Shown here: positions 12,649 to 23,379 of the stretch, piece by piece
Numbering within the stretch: the first letter of the stretch is position 1
Layout of the letters: every line of letters starts with the position of its first letter
Origin: Malacoraja senta
Lineage: Eukaryota
NCBI GenBank assembly: GCA_038087875.1
Contig: CM075995.1
Span: forward strand, 8,620,001 to 8,684,000
Length of the DNA stretch: 64,000 nt
Direction: 5' to 3'
Translations under genes and position numbers: made by a program
The notes under the pieces: generated by a model
What the model saw: the letters and a program-made list of their open reading frames with translations, nothing else
Databases searched by the model: none
Told to the model about the DNA's origin: nothing

Positions 12649-13824
12649 ATGTAGGGTGGGGGGGGGGTGGGGGGGGGTGAATAGGGAGAAGAAAGGATAA
12701 AGGAAAAAGGAAGAGGAGGAGCCCGAGGGCTGAGGGAGAGCTGAGAAGGGGAGGAGACAGCAAGGGCTACCGGAAATTGGAGAATTTATGCCACTAGGGT
12801 GCAGACTACCCAAGCGGAATATGAGGTGCTGCTCCTCCAATTTCCGGTGTTGCTCACCCTGGCCATGGAGGAGGCCCAGGACAGAGAGGTCAGATTCGGA
12901 ATGGGAGGGTGGGGTGTTCCTGCTCTGTACTGGTCTATATTCTAGAGCAAAGCTCTTCACTGTACCTCGGTACAGTTGACAACAAACTAAACGAAACTGT
13001 CTAAACTCTAAAGGCCCTGAGGAGGATGACTGAACTTTATTGCCTTCCCTCAAGTGGGAGACGTTGATTCAGACTGTGTGGGGGATGTTCATTGTAAATT
13101 CTATAGTGTGTTGTGTTCGTTTTTATTCGTGTGGCTGTATGGTGACTCAAATCTCACTGTACCAACTGGTGCACGTGACAATACATGTCTCTTGAACTCT
13201 TGAACACAGGCGATTTTTTCGGCGACTGGACCCCCCCTCCCGGCGAAAATGTCCACGACAACCTACCACCGGGTCGACGTCTAGCTACGGCAAGCTACCG
13301 ACAACCGGCGACCCATCAGGACGATCACCTCCGACAACCCACGTCCACACGGGAGACAACCGCCGACAACCAAAGTCAACCTACGTCCACCCGCGACAAG
13401 CTACGACAAGCAACGACCCTGTCGGCGACAACTGAGGACAATTCAGTCGCTGGTACCTGTCGCCGGTTGACGTCAATGGAAATCACCCAAGTCAGCACCC
13501 GGCGACAACCTGCGTCATCCTGGCAACAACCAGCGACAACACCTACGCCAGGAGAAGTCAAGCTACGTCGAGCCCACAGTCGCTGAAAGGTTTTGAACAT
13601 TTCAAAATCCAGCGGCAACCAGAAAAACGTTACGACTCTTTTGGCGACTTGAGGAGACGACTCACGACCATACAGGCGTCACCCCGCGACCATGTGGCGA
13701 CAGCCTGGTCGCCTGTAGTCGCCAAAAAAAATCGCCTAAGTGGGACAGGCCCTGAACTAACTAAATAGCTTGTACTCTGTACTGGTCCATGTTTTATGGG
13801 GTTTTTTTTTTCTTCCCTTAAATG

Positions 13825-14200
13825 TTTTTTTTATTAGATGTTTTAAACAAATGTACAATTTACAAGGGAAGGGTAGAAAGCTCACACAATTTAAAAAACA
13901 CTTACACAAAATGATCAAATTAAAATATGAACATTTTTATCTATAATATATTCAACCTCCTGCGGTGACCAGCGTTCACAGAAGGCCTCCACAGTCCCCG
14001 TGGACACCGCGTGTTCCCTCTCTAGGGACACGCGAGCACGGACGTAACCCCGGAAAAGGGGCAGGCAGCCGACCGCTGTGCGGCCGTCGACCGCCCGCTG
14101 CCTGGACCCGCGCGCGAATGGCCATCTTGGCCAGGCCCAGGAGCAGACCGACAGGGAGACCCCCTCCTCACTCCCGACCCTCCCCCCTCTGTACCGGGTA
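13825..14200 (-). mobile_element. Tx1/L1-like LINE 3' end
   Basis: Minus strand reads VGLLLGLAKMAI...CLPLFRGYVRARVSLEREHAVSTGTVEAFCERWSP, followed by an A-rich tail. Confidence 0.7.
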
Positions 14201-14410
14201 AGCCCATAGATTAATAGCGTTGGACTAAACTGTAGCCAAAACTTGAGGAGCAGCCCCTTTCAGATACTCGAACAGGGGCTGCAACCTCTCGCACTCTATA
14301 TACACGTGGAACACGGTCTCTTCCATGTTTTAAGTTGGAGAAGGCTTTTCACTGTACCTCGCTGCACGTGACAATTAATCCCAACTAAACTGGAACTGCG
14401 TGATACTCAC

Positions 14411-14632
14411 CGAGGACTGCGGTCCCTCTGAGCTGAGGCGGTAAACCCCGGAGCTGTTGTAGGTGCCCACGGAGTAACGGTACTGGCAGTCGGGAGACCA
14501 CTGACTGCTGCGCGGATCGGAGAAGCCCACACTGCTGCCCGACGTGACCGGACCGTCCTCGTAGTCCCCCTCCCCGTAATCCGACTCCTCGTCTGGGGGG
14601 ATCAGCTCCGGGCTCTCCTTCCCCACCTCCAC
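14411..14632 (-). CDS. MYO10: Myosin-X PEST-region exon (VEVGKESPELIPPDEESDYGEGDYEDGPVTSGSSVGFSDPRSSQWSPDCQYRYSVGTYNSSGVYRLSSEGPQSS)
   Basis: 222 nt, phase 0/0, ttttacag acceptor, gtgagt donor; matches MYO10 DYEDGAITSGSSV...SQWSPD...SVGTYNSSGAYRFSSEGAQSS. Confidence 0.93.
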
Positions 14633-14740
14633 CTGTAAAACACGCACACGCACACACACACACACAGATGAGGTGAAAAGATGCCACATCTTCTCTTAAA
14701 TTCAACTCCTCGAGCATCAATAAAAGTCTGTGGTCTACGG

Positions 14741-14998
14741 CAGGGGTGTCAAACTCATTTTCGGTCACGGGGCAAAAATGCGACTGCTCGCGGGCCGGAT
14801 CAGCTGTGTACGCGCCAAGGTCAGTCAGCGCCAGCCAGCCCCAAGGCCAAGGGGAGCTCAACGCCGCCATCTTGTCTGTTCCACAGCGGTTGCCGGGGGG
14901 GGGGGGCAACCGTGCCCTTGGCAACCGCGGGCCCATCACGGAGTGGAGGACGGGAGCGCAGGTGGCACAGACGGCGGTGAGAGAGAGAGAGGGAGAGA

Positions 14999-15034
<36 letters not shown>

Positions 15035-15064
15035 ACGGCGAGAGAGAGAGAGAGAGCGGCAAGG

Positions 15065-15097
<33 letters not shown>

Positions 15098-15244
15098 GGA
15101 GAGAGAGAGAGAGAGTGGCTGCCGTACAGATACAGAATAAATGGTCGTGAATATACTTTATTCGCCCCCAAATCATCCCGCGGGCCGGATCGGACCCCTT
15201 GGGCGGGCCGGATGCGGCCCGCGGGCCGGTAGTTTGACACCCTG
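14741..15244. mobile_element. hAT (Charlie/Buster-like) MITE with an internal (GA)n tract
   Basis: TIRs caggggtgtcaaact / agtttgacaccctg; perfect 8-bp TSD gtctacgg (14733-14740, 15245-15252) with central TA. Confidence 0.92.
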
Positions 15245-15462
15245 GTCTACGGTCTGTGTGTAGGTTAAACTGCAGATGTTGGTTTAAACCAAAGATAGAT
15301 ACAAAATGGTGGAGTAACTCAGCGGGACAGGCAGCATCTCTGGAGAAAAGGAATAAGTCGGGTCTAAAGAAGGGTCTCGACCCGAAACGGCACCTATTCA
15401 TTTTCTCCAGAGATGCTGCCTGACCCGTTGAGTTACTCCACCATTTTGTGTTTATCTTTGGT

Positions 15463-16095
15463 TCATGTTCTAAGGCCCATGTTATAAGGTCCATGCTCTA
15501 AGGCCCATGCTCTATAAGGTCCATGTTCTAAGGTCCATGCTCTAAGGTCCATGTTCTAAGGCCCATGTTCTAAGGCCCATGTTCTAAGGCCCATGTTCTA
15601 AGGTCCATGCTCTAAGGTCCATGTTCTAAGACCCATGTTCTAAGGTCCATGTTCTAAGGCCCATGTTCTAAGGCCCATGTTCTAAGGCCCATGTTCTAAG
15701 GTCCATGTTCTAAGGCCCATGTTCTAAGGCCCATGTTCTAAGGCCCCATGTTCTAAGGCCCATGTTCTAAGGCCCATGTTTCTATGGCCCATGTTCTATG
15801 GCCCATGTTCTAAGGCCCATGATCTAAGGCCCATGTTCTAAGGCCCATGTTCTAAGGCCCATGTTCTAAGGCCCATGTTCTAAAAGGTCCATGTTCTAAG
15901 GCCCATGTTCTAAGGCCCATGCTCTATAAGGCATGCTCTATAAGGCCCATGTTCTAAGGCCCATGCTGTATAAGGCCCATGTTCTAAGGCCCATGTTCTA
16001 AGGCCCATGTTCTAAGGCCCATGTTCTAAGGCCCATGTTCTAAGGCCCATGTTCTAAGGCCCATGTTCTAACGCCCATGTTCTAAGGTCCATGTT
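15463..16095. repeat. 14-bp minisatellite (ccatgttctaaggc)n, roughly 45 units
   Basis: Direct tandem repeats with gcc/gtc and gtt/gct variants. Confidence 0.95.
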
Positions 16096-16289
16096 TTGTC
16101 TATGTTCAATGATCAGAGGTTATGGGGCCAAGTCAGGAGAATGGGGTGAGGAGTGAGAGATAGAGATAGACCAGCCACGATTGAATGGTGGAGTAGACTT
16201 GATGGACCGAATGGTATACTTCTGCTCCTATCTCTTATGATCTTATGGTCCATGTTCAATGGTCTACATTCTCCGGCCTATGTAGACTT

Positions 16290-16788
16290 GAGGTAGTGCA
16301 GCGTAGGTTCACCAGATTGATCCCTGGGATGGCGGGACTGTCATATGAGGAAAGATTGAAAAAACTAGGCTTGTATTCACTGGAGTTTAGAAGGATGAGG
16401 GGGTATCTTATAGAAACATATAAAATTATAGAAGGACTGGACAAGCTAGATGCAGGAAAAATGTTCCCAATGTTGGGGGAGTCCAGAACCAGGGGCCACA
16501 GTCTTAGAATAAAGGGGAGGCCATTTAAGACTGAGATGAGAAAAACTTTTTACCCAGAGAGTTGTGAATTTGTGGAATTCCCTGCCACAGAGGGCAGTGG
16601 AGGCCAAATCACTGGATGGATTTAAGAGAGAGTTAGATAGAGCTCTAGGGGCTGGTGGAGTCAAGGGATATGGGGAGAAGGCAGGCACGGGTTATTGATA
16701 GGGGGCGATCAGCCATGATCACAGTGAATGGCGGTGCTGGCTCGAAGGGCCGAATGGCCTCCTCCTGCACCTATTGTCTATGTTTCTG
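16290..16788 (+). mobile_element. CR1 LINE 3' fragment; other copies at about 830-1130, 4750-5125, 18290-18812, 20992-21500, 22015-22530, 36950-37560, 41545-42240, 44865-45405, 46395-46990, 52037-52420, 53520-53858, 56775-57330, 59910-60185, 60595-61088, 61479-61850
   Basis: Shared MFPMLGESRTRGHSLRI..F..E.RK.FF.QRVV.LWNSLPQRAVEA coding and shared 3' UTR (gatcagccatgatc...gggccgaatggcctactcctgcacc). Confidence 0.9.
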
Positions 16789-16797
16789 TGTACCTAC

Positions 16798-17540
16798 CTG
16801 CTCAGGTAGGCAGTAGGTGTAGTCGTCATGGGCCGGCTTGCTGGCGTCGGTGACGGTGATGTCGGGGCGGGTCCCTCAGCGCTGGTGACGGAGGGGGCGA
16901 GGCCATCGTTCATGTAGGGGTCTTCCTCGGATGAGTCGTCGCTGGTGGGATGCCGCTGGTGCGCTGGTCGGAGTGTCCGTGCTCGCTGGGGTTGGGCGAG
17001 TCCTTGAAGGCCGCGTCATCGTCCCCGTCGAAGCCCTCGTCCTCCCCCTCCTCCTCCTCCTCCTCCTCCTCCTCCTCCGCTTCCGCCGCCCCTCCCCTCC
17101 TCCTCCTCGGGGTAGGGCTGGCTGAAGTTGAAGGTGGGCTTCCCCGCCGCCCGCCTTCCGCGGGGGCCGCCAGGGCGCTCTCGAGGTCGCGCACGCACTC
17201 GTCGATCTCCTGGAAGTTGAGCGAGCGCAGGAACTCCTGGGCGGCCCGGCACGCCTCCTCCTCCAGCCGGCCCAGCTCCTGGTCGCGCAGGCGCTGCAGC
17301 CGGCTCAGCGAGACCTCGGTCAGCGCCGACTCCTGCCGCTCCTTCTGCCGCTGCAGCTCCTCGATCTCCCGCTCCAGCCGCAGGATCCTCCTCCACCTGC
17401 CGGTTCTCCTGCCTCTCCAGCCGCAGCCGCCCCAACGACACTCGCTCCACCGACTCCCGCTCCACCTCCAACATGGCCGCCTCCACCGCTAACATGGCCG
17501 CCGCCTCCTCCTCCTCCTGCAGGCGCCCAGCTTCCTCCAT
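16798..17540 (-). CDS. MYO10: Myosin-X coiled-coil/PEST exon, with about 5 apparent single-base frameshifts in this assembly
   Basis: tcacag acceptor, CAG|gtaggt donor. MYO10 motifs QENRQVEE, ILRLEREIEELQRQKE, EEEACRAAQEFLRSLNFQEIDECVR, KPTFNFSQPYPEEE, DEGFDGDDDAAFKDSPNPSEHGHSDQRTSGI, SDDSSEEDPYMND and YTYCLPEQ are spread over three frames. Confidence 0.85.
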
Positions 17541-17593
17541 CTGTGACGGAAAGAGCGGACATTTCACACCCGCTCACGAGAAGCTAGGTACAT

Positions 17594-18290
17594 TAACTAA
17601 CCAACCAACAAACCAACCAAATAACCAACTAACCATACAATAGACAATAGGTGCAGGAGTAGGCCATTCGGCCCTTCGAGCCAGCACTGCCATTCAATGT
17701 GATCATGGCTGATCATCCACAATCAGTACCCCGTTCCTCCCTTCTCCCCATATCCCCCTGACTCCGCTATCTTTAAGAGCCCTATCTAGCTCTCTCTTGA
17801 AAGTGTCCAGAGAACCGGCCTCCACCGCCCTCATACACTCCAACTAACTAACCAAATATCAAACAAACAAACAAACCAACTAACTAACCAGCAAACCAAC
17901 TAACTAACTAACCAGGGAAACCAACTAAACTATCCAACAAACCAACTACTAACCAGCAAACCAACTAACCAACAAACCAACTAACTAACTAACTAACCAG
18001 CAAACCAACTACCAAGCAAACCAACCACTAACCAGCAAACCAACCAACTAACCAGAAAACCAACCAACCAACCAACCAACCAGCGAACGAACGAACGAAC
18101 GAACGAACTAACAACAACAAACTAACTAGGAAACCAACTAACTAACTAGCAAACCAACTAACTAACCAGCAAACCAACTAACTAACCAGCAAACCAACTA
18201 ACTAACTAACCAGCAAACCAACTATCTAACTAACCAGCAAACCAACCAACTAACCAGCAAACCAACCAACTAACCAACTAACTAACTACA
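17594..18290. repeat. Compound (AACT/AACC/AACG)n microsatellite region, interrupted by a CR1 tail
   Basis: Low-complexity A/C-rich tetramer repeats with recurring aaccagcaaacc. Confidence 0.9.
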
Positions 18291-19576
18291 ATTGACAATA
18301 GACAATAGGTGCAGGAGTAGGCCATTCGGCCCTTCGAGCCAGCACCGCCATTCAATGTGATCATGGCTGATCATCCATAATCAGTACCCCGTTCCTGCCT
18401 TCTCCCCATATCCCCTGACTCCACTATCTTTAAGAGCCCTATCTAGCTCTCTCTTGAAAGTATCCAGAGAACCTGCCTCCACCGCCCTCTGAGGCCAGAG
18501 AATTCCACAGACTCACCACTCTCTGTGAGAAAAAGTGTTTCCTTGTCTCCGTTCTAAATGGCTTACTCCTTATTCTTAAACTGTGGCCCCTGGTTCTGGA
18601 CTCCCCCAACATCGGGAACATGTTTCCTGCCTCTAGCGTGTCCAAACCCTTAATGATCTTATATTTCAATGAGATTCCCTCTCATCCTTCTAAACTCCAG
18701 AGTGTACAAGCCCAGCTGCTCCATTCTCTCAGCATATGACAGTCCCGCCATCCCGGGAATTAACCTTGTAAACCTACGCTGCACTCCCTCAATAGCAAGA
18801 ATGTCCTTCCTCTAACTAGCTAATTAACTAACCAACAAACTGACTGACAACTAAACCTGCAGTCCCTTCTGTTTTTAGCGCGGATACAGGCCCTTCGGCC
18901 CACCAAGCCGGTGCTGACCAGCGACCCCCCCCCCCCCGTACACTAGAACTATCCTACACGCACTAGGGACAATTTACAATTTACACCAAGCCAATTAACC
19001 CACAAACCTGCGCGTCTTTGGATTGCGGGAGGAACCCCGAGTACCCGGGGGAAACCCACGCGGTCACAGGGAGGACGTGCAAACTCCGTACAGTACAGCA
19101 CCCGTAGTCAGGGTTGGAACCCTGATGGTTCTCTGACGCTGTGAGGCTCCCATCTGTTGTCAGGCAACTGAACCATCTTATCACCAAACTAGAGAGCGGT
19201 CCAGAACTACCTCATTGGAGACTAATGGACTATCTTTAATCGGACTTTACCTGGCACTAAATATTATTCCCTTTGTCCTGCATCTGTACACTGTGGATGG
19301 AATGATTGTAAATCGTATTTACTCCTTCACTGACTGGATAGCACGGAATGAGACATGAATCTAATCTACACTGATAAAACCACAATGAGCCCTGGGCCCA
19401 GCGCCCACCCCCGAGTGAAACGTAGATTTATTCATGTTTCATGTTTTGTGAGTCATTTCCTAACGGTCACTGTATGTCATGTTGTCACTTGTGGGCGGAG
19501 CACCAAGGCAAATTCCTTGTATGTGAATACTTGGCCAATAAACTTACATTCATTCATCCATTCATTCATTTATTAC

Positions 19577-19616
19577 CTGTTCTTTAAGGATTTCCGCTTC
19601 TCTTTCTTTTCTCTCT
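19577..19616 (-). CDS. MYO10: Myosin-X small SAH exon (ERKEREAEILKEQ)
   Basis: 40 nt, ttttttacag acceptor, CAG|gtaata donor; phases join the flanking exons exactly. Confidence 0.85.
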
Positions 19617-20589
19617 CTGTAAAAAAGACGGGTTAAGGTTTTAGCGCGGTTGCTTCAAGGCGTGTACGACATTGAGGCGTGTCAGAAGGAACTGCAGATG
19701 CTGGAGATAGACACGAAATGCTGGAGTAACTCAACGGGTCAGGCTAGCTCTCTCTCCCTCTCTCCCTCTCCCTCTCTCCCCCCCATTTTGGGTCCAGACC
19801 CTTCTTCAGACTGAGAGTCAGGGGAGGGGGAGGCGAGAGGTCCTGGGCCTCCTCCATTATCAGAGTGAGGCCCAGCATAAATTGGAGGAACCGCACCTCA
19901 TATTTCACTTGGGCATCTTACACCCCAGCGGTATGAAACATTGACTTCACCAACTTCAAGTAACCCTTGCTTTCCCTCTCTCTCCGTCCCCCTCCCCCAC
20001 CGTCTAGTTTGACTTTCCCCCCCTAATTACATTGTTGTCACCTTCCCCGAGCCAACAATGATCTGTTCAACATTTTCCTTGCCCTTCGTCCCCTTTGTTG
20101 TCTCGTTTTTCACACCTCATCCTTCCATATCTCTTCGCTTCCTTTCCCTGACTCTCGGTCTGAAGAAGGGTCTCGACCCAAAAACGTCACCCATCCTTCT
20201 CTCCAGAGATGCTGCCTGTCCCGCCGAGTTACGCCAGCATTTTGTGGCCATCTTCTGTTACCTGATGTTCACTGCTTGCTCCAGATCTAATCTTGGCAAA
20301 TACTGTTAATTGGTGAGAAGAGGAGGAATTTCTTTAGTCAGAGGGTGGTGAATCCGTGGGATTCTTGGCCGCAGATGGCTGTAGAGGCCAAGGTCAATGG
20401 ATATTTTTAAGGCAGAGATAGGTAGATTCTCGATTAGTACGGGTGTCGGAGGTTATGGGGAGAAGGCAGGAGAATGGGGTTAGGAGTGAATGGCAGAGTG
20501 GGACTTGATGGGCCGAATGGCCCCCTTCTACTATTCCTCATGACCTTCTATCAGCCATGATTGAATGGCGGAGTAGACTCGATGGATCG

Positions 20590-20973
20590 CCAGCCGTCTT
20601 GGCTATGTCTTGCCACTGGATGCAGGTAGGCCGGGCGAGAGAGTGAGGCTGGCGGTTTGCGCAACTCTCCCTCGCTTTCATCCAAGTCAAGCGCCAGTCA
20701 CGGCTTCAGGACGCGTACCGCCCAGCCGGGCGAGGCAAGATCACCACGGGAGCACGTGCAGCCGGGAGGAAGCGCGCCGCAGAGGCCTCGGAGGGAACGC
20801 GCCGCACGCAAAGGCTCGAGCCACTTCAACTGCCGCGCCCACCCAACTGTGTCCCGTATGCGGGCGAGCCTTCGGGCCCTGGTCGGTCTCACCAGTCACC
20901 TCCGGGCCCACACACAACAAAGTCATAGTCTTCTTCGACTATGAAGGACGGACAAACAACAACAACAACAACA
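20590..20973 (+). mobile_element. RTE-clade LINE 3' end
   Basis: Frameshifted C-terminal zinc-finger-like CPVCGR...VGLTSHLRAH followed by an (AAC)n tail. Confidence 0.6.
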
Positions 20974-21626
20974 GACTTGATGGGCCGAATGGACATTCTT
21001 GCTATTGAGGGAGCGCAGCGTAGGTTCACGGGATGGCGGGACTGTCATACGCTGAGAGAATGGAGTGGCAGGGCTTGTACACTCTGGGAGTTTAGAAGAA
21101 ATGAGAGGATTCCTCATTGAAACATATAAGATTGTTAAGGGCTTGGACACGCTAGAGGCAGGAAACATGTTCCCGATGTTGGGGGAGTCCAGAACCAGGG
21201 GCCGCACAGTTTAAGAATAAGGAGTAAGCCATTTAGAACGGAGACGAGGAAACACTTTTTCTCACAGAGAGTGGTGAGTCTGTGGAAATCTCTGCCTCAG
21301 AGGGCGGTGGAGGCGGGTTCTCTGGATGCTTTCAAGAGAGAGCTAGATAGGGCTCTTAAAAATAGCGGAGTCAGGGGATATGGGGAGAAGGCAGGAACGG
21401 GGTACTGATTGGGGATGATCAGCCATGATCGCATTGAATGGCGGTGCTGGCTCGAAGGGCCGAATGGCCTACTCCTGCACCTGTTGTCTATTGTCTATTG
21501 AATGGGCCGATGCTGCTCCTATCCAATTGTGAACTTGGTGAAACCTGTTCTGAAGGAGTTGGGTGCGTTTAGATGAGGAGGCGGGTTTGCTGTGCTGGCG
21601 GTAGCCACGAGGCCCTTTCCGCTCAC

Positions 21627-21839
21627 CTGTCTTCATGATCTTGCCTCCTCTGCTCCTCCGCTCTCCTCCTCTTGGTCTCGAGGAGTTGCCTGTGCACCCT
21701 GCGGGCCAACACACCGCGACACTGAGCCTGCAGCCTGATGGTGGCCTCTCGTAACAGCACGTACCTCCTCCTCCACAACAAGGCCCGGTAGTTCTTCTGG
21801 ATCACCACCACCATGGATCGCTTCCTCTGGTACTGCTTC
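21627..21839 (-). CDS. MYO10: Myosin-X exon with IQ2/IQ3 and start of SAH (KQYQRKRSMVVVIQKNYRALLWRRRYVLLREATIRLQAQCRGVLARRVHRQLLETKRRRAEEQRRQDHED)
   Basis: 213 nt, aaatag acceptor, gtgagc donor; IQKNYRA and LQxxxRGxxAR motifs. Confidence 0.94.
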
Positions 21840-23196
21840 CTATTTGGGGGGGAGAAAAATCAAGTTCTAGTTCACATTTATTTATCGCAGGCACCAGTTA
21901 AGGGACGGTGAAATATGATTTACCATGGAGCCACGCAATCACTGTTTGAGCACAATACACAATAGAATTTAACATCAACATCCACCACAGTGGAACCAAC
22001 ATTCCTCACTGTGATAGAAACATAGAAAATAGGTGCAGGAGGAGGCCATTCGGCCCTTCGAGCCAGCACCGCCATTCATTGCGATCATGGCTGATCGTCC
22101 CCTATCAATAACCCGTGCCTGCCTTCTCCCCACATCCCTTGATTCCACTAGCCCCCTAGAGCTTTATCTAACTCTCTCTTAAATCCATCCAGTGACTTGG
22201 CCTCCACTGCCCTCTGTGGCAGGGAATTCCACAAATTCACAACTCTCTGGGTGAAAAAGTTTTTTCTCACCTCAGTCATAAATGGCCCCCCCTTTATTCT
22301 AAGACTGTGTGGCCCCTGGTTCTGGACTCACCCAACATTGGGAACATTTTTCCTGCATCTAGCTTGTCCAGTCCTTTTATAATTTTATATGTCTCTATAA
22401 CATCCCCCCTCATCCTTCTAAACTCCAGTGAATACAAGCCTAGTCTTTTCAATCTTTCCTCATATGACAGTCCCGCCATCCCAGGGATCAATCTGGTGAA
22501 CCTACGCTGCACTGCCTCAATCACAAGGATGTACAAATGGATCCCGCCACTTCGAGGACATCACTCTGAGCGCTGAGCTCAAATATCCCACTCACTCGTC
22601 CCCGGCCTACTGACAACCCCCCGATCCTGACAGTGAAGCCCAGACACAGAAGGTGCGCGGGCGGCCATGCGGTATGGCCAAATCACCTTCCAGGTATCGG
22701 AGGTAGAAAAATAACCTCACTCACTCCAGCATTTTTTTTTCTACCTTCGGTTTTTCCAGCACCTGCAGTTCTTTCTTAAACATTCCGGGTACTGGAGATG
22801 ACGGATGTCTGCGGGCCGGATGATTTCGGGGTTACGGGCCGGGTTCGGCCCGGGGGGCCCGTTGGTTGCCGACCCCTGATTTGGACATACATTTAGACAT
22901 ACTAAAAAAACGGAAAAAAAGTCGAAGAGACGAGTACGCGGCTGGCGAGGTTCGCTGGGCTGCACGCTCCTCTTGTGCTGCTTCCTATTTGGGGGAGAAA
23001 GTCAATTCCTTTAGGAGAGGTAGATAGAGACAATAGGTGCAGGAGTAGGCCATTCGGCCCTTCGAGCCAGCACCGTCATTCAATGTGATCGTGGCTGATC
23101 ATCCCCAATCAGTACCCCGTTCCTGCCTTCTCCCCCACATACCCCTTGACTCCGTTATCCCTAAGCGCTCTATATTCATTCTCCGTGGGGTTTTAC

Positions 23197-23303
23197 CTTG
23201 CCAGATAGCCCAGTACATGGGCTTGAATGACCATGGCACATTTGTAGACCGCAGCCCCGCGATGTTTCTCCAGCTTCTGTTCCAGTGACTCGCGGATGAA
23301 AAC
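23197..23303 (-). CDS. MYO10: Myosin-X exon with IQ1 (VFIRESLEQKLEKHRGAAVYKCAMVIQAHVLGYLA)
   Basis: 107 nt, acgcag acceptor, gtaaaa donor. Confidence 0.94.
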
Positions 23304-23379
23304 CTGCGTAGAACATGTACAAGATACGTGGTTTAGTTTAGTTTATTGTCCGAGGTACAGTGGAAAGCTTTTTGTTGCA

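Noticed and set aside
12233..12763. ORFs spanning N runs (also 53988-54695)
   Set aside because: Artefacts of translating through assembly gaps
13011..13033. GPEEDD* as the LZTFL1 last exon
   Set aside because: The available AG gives the wrong phase (would read QP*), the pyrimidine tract is poor, and it lies beyond the gap in repeat-like sequence
14385..15494. 369-aa ORF and overlapping RE/SL-repeat ORFs
   Set aside because: Runs through a PLE palindrome, the hAT MITE (GA)n tract and the wrong frame of the MYO10 exon
16950..17492. Plus-strand Ser-rich 180-aa ORF as an antisense gene
   Set aside because: Antisense shadow of the GC-rich, Glu-rich MYO10 exon
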